From assembly GCA_051599415.1 (NCBI GenBank), contig AP039694.1:186001-250000 (forward strand): a stretch of 64,000 bases of DNA, in the 5' to 3' direction. Under the pieces are notes generated by a model that made no database searches, was not told the origin of the DNA, and saw only the letters and a list, made by a program, of their open reading frames with translations. The position numbers and the translations under genes were made by a program. Each line of letters starts with the position of its first letter. Position 1 is the stretch's first letter. Shown here piece after piece: positions 30,653-41,870 of the stretch. This stretch comes from Savitreella phatthalungensis. Lineage: Eukaryota.

Positions 30653-30963
30653 GAGTATGTATCCGCGTACCGGGTAATAAAGCATCAAATTTTCCACCGA
30701 TTTCACTGCAGTGCACATTCTACAGAGAGAAAAGCCACTGTTCTCTACATCTCCCTGCATACATAACATGGCGGGCTATATAATTTACAACGTATTCATG
30801 TGCAGATAGCCAGCAGAAGACAAAAGTATATCTGCTCGGTGGATCAAACTGGGTTCAAGAATGCTCTGCTTGAGGATGCTTCAGGATGAAAAGGATCAAA
30901 AAGGATTAAAAGGATGCAGGAGAAGAAAGGAGATTCTAGATGGCTACATGCATTGCTCTACCT

Positions 30964-32365
30964 CTATGCAACAGTCTCCTCGACAAGGTAGATACCGAGC
31001 TCCTTGAGATCCTTAATCAGTGGATCGTTCACCTTGCTGTTGATCGGTGCCACAATGCCCTTGTCTGAGATGACGCCGTCGAGAACCTGCTGCGTAGCGA
31101 CACCGCAAGGAACGCCGACGAGCTTTGCCATGGCAGAGTAACCTCCAGGAACGCCAAAGTCACAAAGCGTCGACGTCCGCGTCTCCTTACGTCCATCCTT
31201 GTGCACAATCTCAAACTTGTGCTGCAGAAGCACCATGTCGCGCTCCTCAGGTCCAAACTGCATCTTGCTCTCGAGTGTAGCGCAGAGGGCATCCAAGGCA
31301 TTGCCGGCCTGGGGAGCAGGCTCATCGGAGAACAGACCAATCCAGCCGAGACCCTGAAGGATGCGCTGCTTCTCATCAGTGGACGAGAAGGTGCACTTGC
31401 TCGAGACAGCCCACTCGAGGTCAGACTGCTTGTTGGAGGAGGAGCCGAGGACGTGGGCGAGGACATCCTTCCATGCAACCGCCTTCGATCCCTTGGCCAG
31501 GATGTCCACAGGCTTGTCCTCCAGCATTCCCATCTCGACAAGGCACTTGATGAACTCTGGGAAACCCTGGTAACGAAGCGTGCCGCGGATGATCGTGTCG
31601 GCCTCCGGGATGTTGTATCGCTCCTTGTACGGGGTTGAATCGCGGTTCGGGTAGGCGACAAGGGCAAAGCCAGGGTAGATGAAGTATGGCTTGGCAACGG
31701 CCATCAGCTCAGGTCCAGCGACCTCGACCTTCTTGCCGTCCTTGTAGAAGGAAGCGGCATTCCGAAGAGCGAGCAGAACACCGCGAGATGACCAAGAAAA
31801 TTTGTAGCCGAGCGGATTGTTGGAGCACTCCGGTGCAGGCAGACCACCACAGTACGACAGGAACGACTTGATCTGTCCGCCCTCAGCGTGAACCTCGTCA
31901 ATCGTCTTGACTGCGTAAAGGTGGTCAACGCCAGGGTCGACACCGATCTCGTTCATGACAGTGATGCCAGCGGCAACCGCCTCATCGTGAAGAGCAGCAA
32001 TCGCGTCAGACACGTACGACGTCGTGACGACGTTCTTCTTGTGCTTGATCGCAGCCTTGATCACCTGGACGTGGTACGTGTAAGGAATGAGAGAAATGAC
32101 AAGATCGTGCTCCGAGACTGCCTGCTCGAGCGCTGCATTGTCCGTCACATCGAGAGCGATTGCAGTAGCCTGCTTTACGTCGCCAATAAACTTCTGTGCC
32201 TTCGACTGGGTGCGAGAAGCAACTGTGATGTGATTCTCTGGACGCTTGGCCAGGTGTGATAGTGTCGGGTGAGCGACGAATCCCTAGCACATTAAGTCAG
32301 TACTTGATGTCACTTCTATCCAGTAAAGACAGACTTACACTTCCAAGTAGCAAGATCTTTGGCAT
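30964..32365 (-). CDS. LYS9: Saccharopine dehydrogenase (NADP+, L-glutamate forming); two exons (32365-32339, 32283-30964)
   Basis: MPKILLLGS^GFVA across a 55-nt intron at 32284-32338 (GTAAGT...ACTGAC...TAG). NEIGVDPGVDHLYA, SYCGGLPAPE, NPLGYKFSWS, RGTLRY. Confidence 0.97.
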
Positions 32366-32628
32366 GATGAGCAGTGACTGAGATGACCTTTGAGTATGTG
32401 ACCAAAAGGTCGGTCGAAGATCTTCAATGAGAGGTTGTTGCCGCTAAGAATGTACATCCATAAAATTATCTTGATCATTATGCACGTGCTTGATCAATCA
32501 CTTTACATTCGATCGATCACACTCATCACAGCCACCTACGCATAACAGGCACCGCATACTATCCATATCTCACCACAACAACACCTTTCACGCAGTCTCC
32601 TAGCTTCAGGAGCGTCAATTCTCTTCTG

Positions 32629-33963
32629 ATGGATTCTGCAGGTGCCGCAGATGGTTCAGCCGCCGGCAAATCTCCCGCCTTGAACCCTGAGTTAGAAGCG
32701 AGAATTGCCGCAATGCGCGCTCGCATGAAATCGGTCGAAGTGGCAAGGGGCACATCAGAAGAGCCAGTAGGCGTTCCAGGCGCAATGTTTGATGCCGAGT
32801 CATTACTGAGAGATCCAGGGAGCGCAGCCAAGGTACTAGGACCGCCAGCCCGCCTAGCAGAGCCTGTCGTCGCAACCGCAAACCCTGCCGTCAACTTCAG
32901 TCTTCTCGATCGTACCCTCGCTGCTCACGGCTTCGAGGAGATCTCCGACAGCGATGATGAGGAGAATGGCGAGATTCTAGATAATTCTGGAGACGACGAC
33001 GACGATGACGATGACAGCAGCAGTAGCGACGACTCTGACTCTGATGATGAGACGAGCGAAGAGAGCGAGAGTGAGGCCACAAACGAGAGACGGCGGCAGC
33101 AGGTCGATGCCATGTATGCAGAAGACGATGAGGATGATGATGGTGAGCCAGCTGTGCTCAAGACTAAGAACGAGAAAGCTGTGGACGAAGAGCCTGTCAA
33201 GGTGCCTGACTTCGAGCTCGACCCAGCAGAACCTATCGAGCTTCTCGGTCAGATCTCGAGTGTCGTCGGCAGGTCATGTGTCGTCACAAGCATGCCTCAG
33301 CCACAGACAAAGGTGCTGGACGTGGGATCGCTGCTGTGTTTCGAAGACAGGAAACTACTCGGCTATGTGGCAGACACATTCGGCCCTGTCATTCTCCCCA
33401 TGTTCAGCGTCCGCTTCCGCTCTGCTGAGGATGTCGCAGCCGCTGGAGTCGAGGTTGGCAAGCGCATCTGCTGGATCCCGAAACACGCCGTCTGGGTGTT
33501 CAGCGATACGCTGCGTGTCAAAGGTTCCGATGCATCCAACTTCTATGACGAAGAGATTGCAGATGACGAGGTCGAATTCTCAGATGATGAGCTTGAGGCT
33601 GCACATAAACGCATGGTCAAGCAACAGCGCAAGGCTGCTCGTGGCGGGGCCACAGGTGGCAGAGGTGGTCGCGGAGCCGGTCGGGCTCCTGTACCACGGC
33701 CACCGCGTCCGCTGAATGACATCGAATCGATCGCACTTGCACAAGGGCTTCACGATGGGTCCATGCAGTTTGCTCAACCAGTGCAGGCGCCAGCACGTCA
33801 GTTCTACGGTCAAGCACCTCCAGGTGATGCAATTGGTGTCTCGCATGACCACTCTGCTCCCTATCAGCGACAATTCTACACGCCTTCTTCCGGTCCGAAA
33901 CCCACGCAGACGACATCGGAACTGCCACCTGAAAGCTACACGCGACTTCAGCGCCCGTCATAA
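32629..33963 (+). CDS. NAF1: H/ACA RNP assembly factor Naf1
   Basis: Acidic N-terminal tract, Gar1/Naf1 core (VLDVGSLLC, DTFGPV..P), KGSDASNFYDEE..EFSDDE, RGG tail. Confidence 0.92.
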   Translation: MDSAGAADGSAAGKSPALNPELEARIAAMRARMKSVEVARGTSEEPVGVPGAMFDAESLLRDPGSAAKVLGPPARLAEPVVATANPAVNFSLLDRTLAAHGFEEISDSDDEENGEILDNSGDDDDDDDDSSSSDDSDSDDETSEESESEATNERRRQQVDAMYAEDDEDDDGEPAVLKTKNEKAVDEEPVKVPDFELDPAEPIELLGQISSVVGRSCVVTSMPQPQTKVLDVGSLLCFEDRKLLGYVADTFGPVILPMFSVRFRSAEDVAAAGVEVGKRICWIPKHAVWVFSDTLRVKGSDASNFYDEEIADDEVEFSDDELEAAHKRMVKQQRKAARGGATGGRGGRGAGRAPVPRPPRPLNDIESIALAQGLHDGSMQFAQPVQAPARQFYGQAPPGDAIGVSHDHSAPYQRQFYTPSSGPKPTQTTSELPPESYTRLQRPS

Positions 33964-34164
33964 GGCGCAATCCTGATGACCCGAGGATCGACCTCATGTG
34001 ACGTTATCATGAGAGCCTTATCAGGCAACGAGATTGACAACTCCGGAGATACGTGTGATCTGTGGCGTCATTCACCTCGTGACATACTCCGATCAAACAG
34101 TACTTGAGCCGGTCGGTAGATCACAGTCCAGGACCTGTTGAGAGGACTTGTTGAGGACGCCGAC

Positions 34165-35688
34165 ATGGTCTGGAATTTCGCTTTGATCTTTGCTTGTGTA
34201 GCACTGGCAGAGCCGCAGCACATTGTAATGTGCAGAGGAAAGCGGACTTGTAAAGAGACTGTACATCCTGCCCTTGTGCCATTTATCGTCGCTGCAGAAC
34301 CACTCGAAAGCATCAATGGCATTGCGCTTGATTCAGTGCCGCAGACTGTTCTGGAGGGTCTCCGGCGGACGCGTGCTGTCAGCGTGCATAGCAACCAGAT
34401 CGACCTTCTGCCCTCAGCCATGGAATGGAGAATGACGGAAAGCTGGGCGCTCAACCGATTAAACGCTGAACATCCGGTCGAGTATCCAGACAATCAGCAT
34501 TACGTCTCCTATGCGTACGAGCCCGGTCATACAGGCGAGAACACCCAGGTCTATATCGTCGACAGCGGGATCGATTGTGCACACGATGCATTTCAAGGAC
34601 GAGCCAAGTGCAAGCTACTTCTGCGGGACAACCAGAATTCGTGGCGTAGACGGGTGCACCGGTATTGGGACCGTACAGGCCACGGAACACAGCTCGCCGG
34701 CGCGGTTGGCGGAGAAAGCTACGGATTGGCTGACGGTGCGAATCTCGTCAGTTGGCCACTGCTTGACGAAAAAGGCGATGTTACACTCAAGCATATTGTC
34801 AATATCCTAGCATCTCTTGCAGTCCGCCTTGAGCGCCACTATCGCGAACATCGCTGGCCGCATTACGCCAATAACGTTGTGCTGATCGGATCGCTCTCTG
34901 CTCAAGCAGATGACGTGCTGGATCAGGCGGTCAGACATTTGCTCTATCGATCACATGCCCCGGTGATCGTCCCTGCTGGCAATCAGGGCATCGACGCATG
35001 TTCTCTCTCCCCGTCACGCGTACGCGAAACGATCGTCGTGTCTGGATCGACCGCTCAAGACACCTTCTGGCCAGAAGGTAATCACAGCTCGTGCGTTGAC
35101 ATCCTTGCGCCGGCAGACAACGTCCTCACAACCGGATGGCTAGGCATCCACCAAGACGACGAGACGCCGTGGCCGCATTCCGTCTCTGCCGTGGTCTCTG
35201 GGACTTCGATGGCTGCGGCACTGACCGCTGGCACTGCTGCCGTCTGGCTTGTGCCTTTGAAGAGGCATTATGACTCCAGTCCGCACGCCTTTGGCGGCTT
35301 CCCGGAGTACATGGGTGCTTGGCTACAGCACGTGTCGCTCAAGGACGCCATCAGGGACGTGCCCGCCGGGACAACTGCTAACCTGTTACATTTCTTGACT
35401 TCGCGTGCTCAAGATACAGACTTCGCTGCTGTTGATGCGATCCAATCGCAAAATACCGAGAGTGCTCTTGCAGCCGGACAGAACCGTCCAAGCAGCCGTG
35501 ACTCAGGTCAGTCCACGATGACCGCCGACCACTCAGATCAGAACGCGTCCACTCAAGAACTACACGAGCGCCCAAGAAGGCGAAAGTCACGAGCGTCCAG
35601 ATACCCTGCACCGCCATCGCAGCCGTCGTCCAAGAAGTCCCGATCGCATTCACATCGTCCACCTCCTCCTAGCTCCGACAGAGCATGA
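34165..35688 (+). CDS. Secreted subtilisin-like serine protease (S8, proteinase K-like, divergent)
   Basis: Signal peptide from ATG 34165. Triad VYIVDSGI / GHGTQLAG / SGTSMAA, oxyanion AGN, CVDILAP. Confidence 0.88.
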   Translation: MVWNFALIFACVALAEPQHIVMCRGKRTCKETVHPALVPFIVAAEPLESINGIALDSVPQTVLEGLRRTRAVSVHSNQIDLLPSAMEWRMTESWALNRLNAEHPVEYPDNQHYVSYAYEPGHTGENTQVYIVDSGIDCAHDAFQGRAKCKLLLRDNQNSWRRRVHRYWDRTGHGTQLAGAVGGESYGLADGANLVSWPLLDEKGDVTLKHIVNILASLAVRLERHYREHRWPHYANNVVLIGSLSAQADDVLDQAVRHLLYRSHAPVIVPAGNQGIDACSLSPSRVRETIVVSGSTAQDTFWPEGNHSSCVDILAPADNVLTTGWLGIHQDDETPWPHSVSAVVSGTSMAAALTAGTAAVWLVPLKRHYDSSPHAFGGFPEYMGAWLQHVSLKDAIRDVPAGTTANLLHFLTSRAQDTDFAAVDAIQSQNTESALAAGQNRPSSRDSGQSTMTADHSDQNASTQELHERPRRRKSRASRYPAPPSQPSSKKSRSHSHRPPPPSSDRA

Positions 35689-36023
35689 GTACCTAGCTCT
35701 CCATCCATCCCAGTCGATTTCGAGAACTGATTGTGGAGTTCGGAATTTTTGTAGTAGCACGATGGGCAAATAGAGCCGAGGAATGAAACTTAATTGTTCC
35801 CGCACCCTGTGCCCAACCGATTTAATGGTCAGATCAATTAGGCTAATCTGATTGTATGACCGCCTGTGCCAGATCTACTGCTTGTCGTTATTGATAAAGT
35901 TTCAAGTTGAAAATGATTGATCGGGATGATCGACAGTCGGCCCGAGGACTCGGAGTCGCACAAAAGAGAACTCTCATCTTGAATAACCTCCTTCTACGAT
36001 ACCCTCCTCAAACCAATTGCACA

Positions 36024-36581
36024 ATGAAGGACTACGTTCCCACTCACCAGGGCCTAGTGACTGTCAACTTTGGAGAGCCAACGACGTCTTCATCGTACAC
36101 GTCGTCGCTATCGCTTGACGGTGGTGCCCGTGCTGGGGATGTGATCGCGGTCTTGCGTGGAGCTGGTCGTGATGGCCTGATAACGAGGACGATGGATGTC
36201 CGGTACACGAGCGTCCAGACTGGCGAATCTGATCATATCGAGCTCAATTCTGACTTTGTCTACATGAACCACGCGTGCGACCCTTCGGTCGAGCTGATCA
36301 TCACACCTGCGACTGCTGGTGGAGCAGGTGATTGGGATGGTGAGATTGTGGTGAAGGCGCGGCGGGAGATCGAGAAGGGTGGAGATCTAACGTTCTTTTA
36401 CCCGGTGACTGAGTGGGAGATGGCTCAGCCGTTCGAGTGCGCGTGTGCAGCAGGCAAGTCTAGGTGTCTCCGCACAATCTCCGGCGCCAAACACCTCACG
36501 CTCCAACAGCTTCAGGATAATAGAGGCACTGTGTCGCCACACATTCTAGAGCTCAAACGTCGCCAGCAGGCCCAGGCGTGA
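36024..36581 (+). CDS. Small SET-domain protein with post-SET cysteines
   Basis: YMNHACDP, DLTFFYPVTEWEMAQPFECAC...C. Likely start is ATG 36024 (acaATG). Confidence 0.88.
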   Translation: MKDYVPTHQGLVTVNFGEPTTSSSYTSSLSLDGGARAGDVIAVLRGAGRDGLITRTMDVRYTSVQTGESDHIELNSDFVYMNHACDPSVELIITPATAGGAGDWDGEIVVKARREIEKGGDLTFFYPVTEWEMAQPFECACAAGKSRCLRTISGAKHLTLQQLQDNRGTVSPHILELKRRQQAQA

Positions 36582-36710
36582 TTGAGACAAAGCGGAAAGG
36601 AGAATGAACTTTGGGGACGAAAAAGCATGGCATTGCATAGCAAAGCATAGCATAGCATAGTATGTGACTGGGTAGAGGCGTATGCATGGATAGGAGATGA
36701 GCTTATGATG

Positions 36711-39221
36711 TCAGGCTTTGGAGGCGAGTGCTGCACGGGCTAGCTTGGCACCGTTCTTGACGATCGCTGTGTCTTCAGGGGTGCCACCTGCGGTGTATTG
36801 TGCTGCTGATGCGACGACACGCTTGAGTGCGGCGTCGATGCCGCGCTGGAGGATCGCGTAGTCTGTTAGGCCACCGCCGGCAGCCAGTGGTGCGAAGATT
36901 GCGATGACAGCTTTGTCGCCTGTCAGGTCCTCGAATATACCACGTCGTGATCGTGCAGCCTCCTCCTCATCGGCGTCGTCGTCAGAGTAGTGCCCGCTTC
37001 CAGGGCGCTTCCGGGTATGCTTCTTAGAGGGTGATGATGAGGATGATGCAGTAGCGGTGGCAGAAATGAGGAAAATCTGGCAGAGCATGAGATCAACAAA
37101 TGTTGTGGTTTCGCTGCTCATCCTGGCAAATGTCAGTGTCTTGAGAGCGGTGATGGGCAGCTGTCGGCGCGCCATCAGATGACCGAAGAATTTTCCCAAG
37201 TTGATGACCTTCCTCATCAGTGCCGGACCCTTCTCTGTTCCAGCTCCGTTAGATGCGTCGGCACCAATCTGGAATACATCTTCCTCGCCAAGGTCGTTGC
37301 GAAGGAAGTCCCACAGACAGAACTGAAGTGCCATGCGCATGCCGTGTTTCGGTGCAAGGAGGAGTGCGAGGTGGGTGTAGAAAGGATTGTAAGAGCGCTC
37401 CTGCGCGCACAGGAGGACGATTGTCCTGATGATCTCAGGCTCCTGCGACCGTTTCAGTCGGATGGAAGATAGCATGCTCGCGCACTCCTGGTAATCACGA
37501 GACGACATGATGGTTGCGAAGACTTGTTTCCGCACAGGATGATTGATCCGGAGCTTGTGAGCGACCTGGTCCGTCGTAGCTTTCGGAGCATCGTCCTCAG
37601 AGTCGACTGAGGAAAGGCCGTTGTGGTCAATGGCGGCTCCGTCTACTTGATCGATGACCTTTCGCCTGGTCTCGTGGGAGTGCTTGTATGACGCGCCAAC
37701 AAGCCACCATTTACCTCTACTATCGATGTTCTGTATATCGTCGAGGGTGACTCTGAGTGGTTCTGCGGATGCTCCTGCGGAAGAGCTTGGCGGCGTGAGA
37801 CCACCGATGAACTTCCTCAAACGGGTGCGAAGCTCTTTTAGCGATTGTGACTCTGATAGCTTGTTGTTCTTGAGCTGATTGAGTTGTTCGACGAAGAACG
37901 CTGCCCTGGAAGAGACAGCATCTTTGCCTTTGGTTTCCGTAAGCTCGTTCATCCGCGCCCTCACAAGCGCCACGACCTCTTTGAGAGATGTGGGATCATC
38001 GGACCTCATCTGCGAACCACCGCCGCGGACGATCACCAGAAGTCCTTCAACACGAAGCTCGTCCAGATTGGCAACCAGGTCCCGGACGAGGTCGTACATG
38101 AGCGGGACTGCGACAACGTGGAGGTTGTACAATTCTGTCAGAAAGGAGGTGAGATTGATAGCCCTGCGATCAGCATAGTCAGGGACGATGCAGAGAACGA
38201 GTTGCTGGATGAGTGAAGCTGCGAGTTCGACTTGGCCGAGACGATAGAGAGCAGCGACGACGGCTGCATGAACCACTACAAACTGGTCGAGCAAACCAGA
38301 CTTGTCCGCGACAATCGTCAGCAGCACGTTCACCAGCGTCTCGTTCATCGTACCTCTTGGATTGTTTCCGTATAGATTCACAAGCTCCGACACAATCGTC
38401 GAGGCATTGGCAGCAGACAATCTGTTGAACAGACCACGGACAGCTCGATCAAGTGCTGAGTTGCCGGCTGCGCCTGACTGCTGCTTGCGGAGCGCTGGCG
38501 GCACATACGCCTTTGGCATATCTGAGATGACTGATGCTCCAGCTTGTGAATTTGGAGGTACGTATGGCGATGGCTTCGGTGCCGGAGCTGCTTTGACAGG
38601 CTCCTCTTCATTGACAGAGTCGTCACCGTCGTCGTCATCGTCTTCATCGAAGCCTGCAAAATCATCGCTCAAATCGGCTTCATCGTCATCTTCATCGCCA
38701 TCGTCATCACTCTCGCCAGCGTTCCGACCGTCAAGCCGCTCCAACTTTGACTTACCGCGAGGCAGATCGAGTCCGTCGAAGAGGTCATCTAGGCCATCGT
38801 CGTCGAGTTCGTGATGATAAGGTTTATCGTCACGCGTACCGAGTTTGGCTTCCCAGTAATCGATCTCGGCATCGTCCTGAGCGAGTCTGACGTCGAGCTG
38901 GGTGTTCAGGGACGGTCGCGGTTGTGTGCGCTTAGATTGCTTCTTCTTCTCCTTCTTTCCGTTCTTCTGCTGTGAATAAACTTCCTCCAGCTCTTCATTA
39001 TCCTCAGAAGGGCCAGAGTACAGCCTTACACGCTTACGTTCCACACCATCCTCGGTTTGTGAGGCGCGGTTAGCGAAGCGCCGTCGTGCGCGATCGATGC
39101 CCTTTTCTGAAGCTGCAGCGCGTGAGTGATGAGACCGCCCGACGTGATTGAAACGAGTGCGAGCGACACCGAGCTCATCGCGCAGGGTTCCAGGCAGACG
39201 TGGCCCCCCTCGACTTGGCAT
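36711..39221 (-). CDS. SGD1: Nucleolar MIF4G/MA3 protein (Sgd1/NOM1)
   Basis: YVPPALR, RGLFNRLS, QMRSDDP.SLK, GKWWLVGAS, IMSSRDY, ERSYNPFY, LQFCLWD. Confidence 0.93.
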   Translation of the reverse strand: MPSRGGPRLPGTLRDELGVARTRFNHVGRSHHSRAAASEKGIDRARRRFANRASQTEDGVERKRVRLYSGPSEDNEELEEVYSQQKNGKKEKKKQSKRTQPRPSLNTQLDVRLAQDDAEIDYWEAKLGTRDDKPYHHELDDDGLDDLFDGLDLPRGKSKLERLDGRNAGESDDDGDEDDDEADLSDDFAGFDEDDDDDGDDSVNEEEPVKAAPAPKPSPYVPPNSQAGASVISDMPKAYVPPALRKQQSGAAGNSALDRAVRGLFNRLSAANASTIVSELVNLYGNNPRGTMNETLVNVLLTIVADKSGLLDQFVVVHAAVVAALYRLGQVELAASLIQQLVLCIVPDYADRRAINLTSFLTELYNLHVVAVPLMYDLVRDLVANLDELRVEGLLVIVRGGGSQMRSDDPTSLKEVVALVRARMNELTETKGKDAVSSRAAFFVEQLNQLKNNKLSESQSLKELRTRLRKFIGGLTPPSSSAGASAEPLRVTLDDIQNIDSRGKWWLVGASYKHSHETRRKVIDQVDGAAIDHNGLSSVDSEDDAPKATTDQVAHKLRINHPVRKQVFATIMSSRDYQECASMLSSIRLKRSQEPEIIRTIVLLCAQERSYNPFYTHLALLLAPKHGMRMALQFCLWDFLRNDLGEEDVFQIGADASNGAGTEKGPALMRKVINLGKFFGHLMARRQLPITALKTLTFARMSSETTTFVDLMLCQIFLISATATASSSSSPSKKHTRKRPGSGHYSDDDADEEEAARSRRGIFEDLTGDKAVIAIFAPLAAGGGLTDYAILQRGIDAALKRVVASAAQYTAGGTPEDTAIVKNGAKLARAALASKA

Positions 39222-39762
39222 CAGCGCGAACTTTGCTCACAAGATAAGGCTAAATTAGGGTGACAGGCACAAGGTCTATCTCAAAAATGCATCATCATCA
39301 TTCATCATGGAGCCGAGATCAAATTATGCCGGCGCGCCCGCGTTTCGGACAATGGCCAATATCTCATGGATATGAATGATTTCTGACCTACCGGAGAAGT
39401 GTTCAGGGGAGAGCGTCGTCACAGTGAAGCTATATAGGTCATAACGAAGGCTAGAGACGGGGACAGAGATTGGGGAGAAGAATGCTTATGAATGAGCTTG
39501 TATGAGAAGCGAGGTCGTAGTCATCTACGAGAGCGACGGAAGGACGGTCGATGTCGAGGTTTGTGAGTGGATGAAGTGCGCGAAAAGCTTAAGAGTGAGA
39601 GAGTTGCATAATAGTCTGGGTGAACGTGAGACTTAAATGATGGAGTAAGGCTGATGTAAGGTTGTGTGATCCTTCTCAGACGTATAACGAGTCGGTTAGA
39701 TCGACATGGCAGTAGTGAGGATTAGGACAGTGATGCGTTGAGAGATGTGTGGTCGTGGCAGA

Positions 39763-41430
39763 TTAAGGCTGAGCTGTCTGAGCCTCTGGAATGGCTGTAG
39801 CCTTGACAGCAGTCTCTGACTTGTCTGTGGTGACTGCAGCATCGGCAAGCTTGACGGGCGCCGTTGTGGAATCGATGGCTGGTGCGAGCGCATCTGCTGT
39901 GGACTCAGTCGCTGCAGCAGGAGTGGCAGCTGATGCGGCAATCTTCTCCTTTGCATCAATCACAAGACTGCCATTGGTGGCTGCTTCTGCGCCATCGAGC
40001 TTCGGTGATGTGATCGGGCTTGTGAGCATGTCCCGCGTGGAGTTGCCCAGAGACATGCCTGCGGGTGCTCCGACAGTACCAGTCTTTGGCTGAAGTGTGG
40101 TACGCGGTAGACCCCCATTCTCATTCGGAATCGTTGCGGGCGACATACGACCCTTGCCATTTGGACGTTGCTGGGACGAGCCTCGAGGCTGCTGCCATGC
40201 ACGCTCAGCCCTCTCGCGCCGGCGAACTCGAGCACGAAGGGTCTCCATGTATGGATAGTCCCTGTCCTGGTCGACGACGTAGCGAAGAACACCAAATTCA
40301 CCACCAACACCACCGTCGCCGTCCTCAACTGTGGCTCTGTCACTCTCGAGATCTGACACGAATTGGGCTAGGAACGCGGCCCAGGAGGATGCAACGACGT
40401 ATTTGACGTCACAGTCTGCGCCAAAGAGAATGATCTGACCCCACTTGCCCTTCGGACCAGGTGAGAGATCGACAGCGATATTGTTGCCGTTGAAGTCTTT
40501 GGCAAGCGGGATCCAGCCTGGGTGTGAGTATGTTAGTTGGATAGCTCCCTCAGGCCGCGAGGCCTGGCGTGACTGGCGGACGGCACCCGGTGCTGCCCCA
40601 GGACGACTTTGCTGACGAGAGGATGCTCGCGGCGTGGTCTCTGTGCTACCGCTAGCAGCTGGAGCTGATGAGTGCTCATTGACATCTGCCCTGGAGTTGT
40701 TGAGTTGGCTACCACGGCGGCTTGAGAGCGCACTGCCGCCAGGAACCGCGTTTTGTGCGAGTGGCTGCTGGTAGTCGATCTGACGCGGAAGCTGTGAAGC
40801 TACTTTCTTCCAGATGTTGTACTCATCGACAATCTCCTCGCAGTCGAGCAAGGCAATGCCGAAGAAAAGTCCTGTCGGTCTACCGCCGCGCTCCTGTCCA
40901 TCGTGAATGTAGAGGGACTCGCGCACATCTGCAGGCAGACTTGACTCCAACTCGTGTTCTAGCTCGGAGACGTCGTTTTCCGTTGCGCCATACGCCAGCC
41001 GGTCGAAGAGTTCGTAGTAGTTGTCCTCACACCAGCGGTCAATTCTCCGCCAAGAGTCTGCAACGTTAGGCGGTGGAGCTACACCGTCGCGAAAGTCCTG
41101 CATCTGCATGCCACCACTGGGATTGCCGATTCCCGTTGCTTGCCCGTGCGGGTATAATTGTGGCTGTCCGTTGGAGCTGGCGAAGGACATGGCTGTATCT
41201 CTGCGGTATAGACCAGGTTTGTAGGCAGTGCTGCCTGATGATGCAAGATTGAGCTGACTTGAGTTTGGAGATGCGTCATAGGTGGAGTAGAGAACGCTCT
41301 TATTGACAGAGGTGTCTGAGGTCAACCCTGTGCGGATGGATGTGAACGATGGATCGTACGGTGATCGCGTTCTTGAGGCATGTCTGTCATTTGTCGTCAG
41401 GCTGTTGAACCAGGAGCTGATTGCTTTCAT
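39763..41430 (-). CDS. SMI1: Cell wall assembly / glucan synthesis regulator Smi1/Knr4
   Basis: SLTTNDRHAS, WRRIDRW, HDGQERGGRPTGLFFG..LLDCEEI, HPGWIPL, GNNIAVDL.PGPKGKWGQIILFG. Confidence 0.93.
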   Translation of the reverse strand: MKAISSWFNSLTTNDRHASRTRSPYDPSFTSIRTGLTSDTSVNKSVLYSTYDASPNSSQLNLASSGSTAYKPGLYRRDTAMSFASSNGQPQLYPHGQATGIGNPSGGMQMQDFRDGVAPPPNVADSWRRIDRWCEDNYYELFDRLAYGATENDVSELEHELESSLPADVRESLYIHDGQERGGRPTGLFFGIALLDCEEIVDEYNIWKKVASQLPRQIDYQQPLAQNAVPGGSALSSRRGSQLNNSRADVNEHSSAPAASGSTETTPRASSRQQSRPGAAPGAVRQSRQASRPEGAIQLTYSHPGWIPLAKDFNGNNIAVDLSPGPKGKWGQIILFGADCDVKYVVASSWAAFLAQFVSDLESDRATVEDGDGGVGGEFGVLRYVVDQDRDYPYMETLRARVRRRERAERAWQQPRGSSQQRPNGKGRMSPATIPNENGGLPRTTLQPKTGTVGAPAGMSLGNSTRDMLTSPITSPKLDGAEAATNGSLVIDAKEKIAASAATPAAATESTADALAPAIDSTTAPVKLADAAVTTDKSETAVKATAIPEAQTAQP

Positions 41431-41825
41431 GATGGGAAAGCGTGATTGAGGGGTATCCTGTGTCTGTGTCTAATGATTCGATGTGAATGCGAGGATCAGG
41501 ACACAGGAATGCGTGCAGCCTTTCCAGTGTTGAAGACTAGGAAGACTCTCGAGATGAAATGCAAGCGATGAAGAGCGCGTTCTTCACGTAGAGATTCAGG
41601 GAAGGTGGGAGTGCGGTGGGTTGACTTCTGGGCAGGAAGTGTGACACTCCGATTGAGTGCCTACTGAATGACGCTGACTCGAATGCTTCCGTGAATACGC
41701 GTCAGAGCTGTAGAACCCTGGTTGTGTGTTGTCAGGAGAGCTCCACTATAGCTGGCTGGTTGATTGAAAGATGGAGTTGATCTGGAGGTGTGTTGCGTGG
41801 GTGTGAGAGTGTATGGCTATGTCTC

Positions 41826-41870
41826 TGTGTATGTATGTATGTGTGTATACGTGTGTGTGTGTATGTGTGT
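41826..41870. repeat. Imperfect (TG/TA) microsatellite upstream of SMI1
   Basis: tgtgtatgtatgtatgtgtgtatacgtgtgtgtgtgtatgtgtgt. Confidence 0.8.

Noticed and set aside
25250..30960. Telomerase RNA or snoRNA in the long intergenic regions
   Set aside because: No convincing template (e.g. CTAACCCTAA) or paired C/D boxes with terminal stems could be identified by eye. A covariance-model search is needed.
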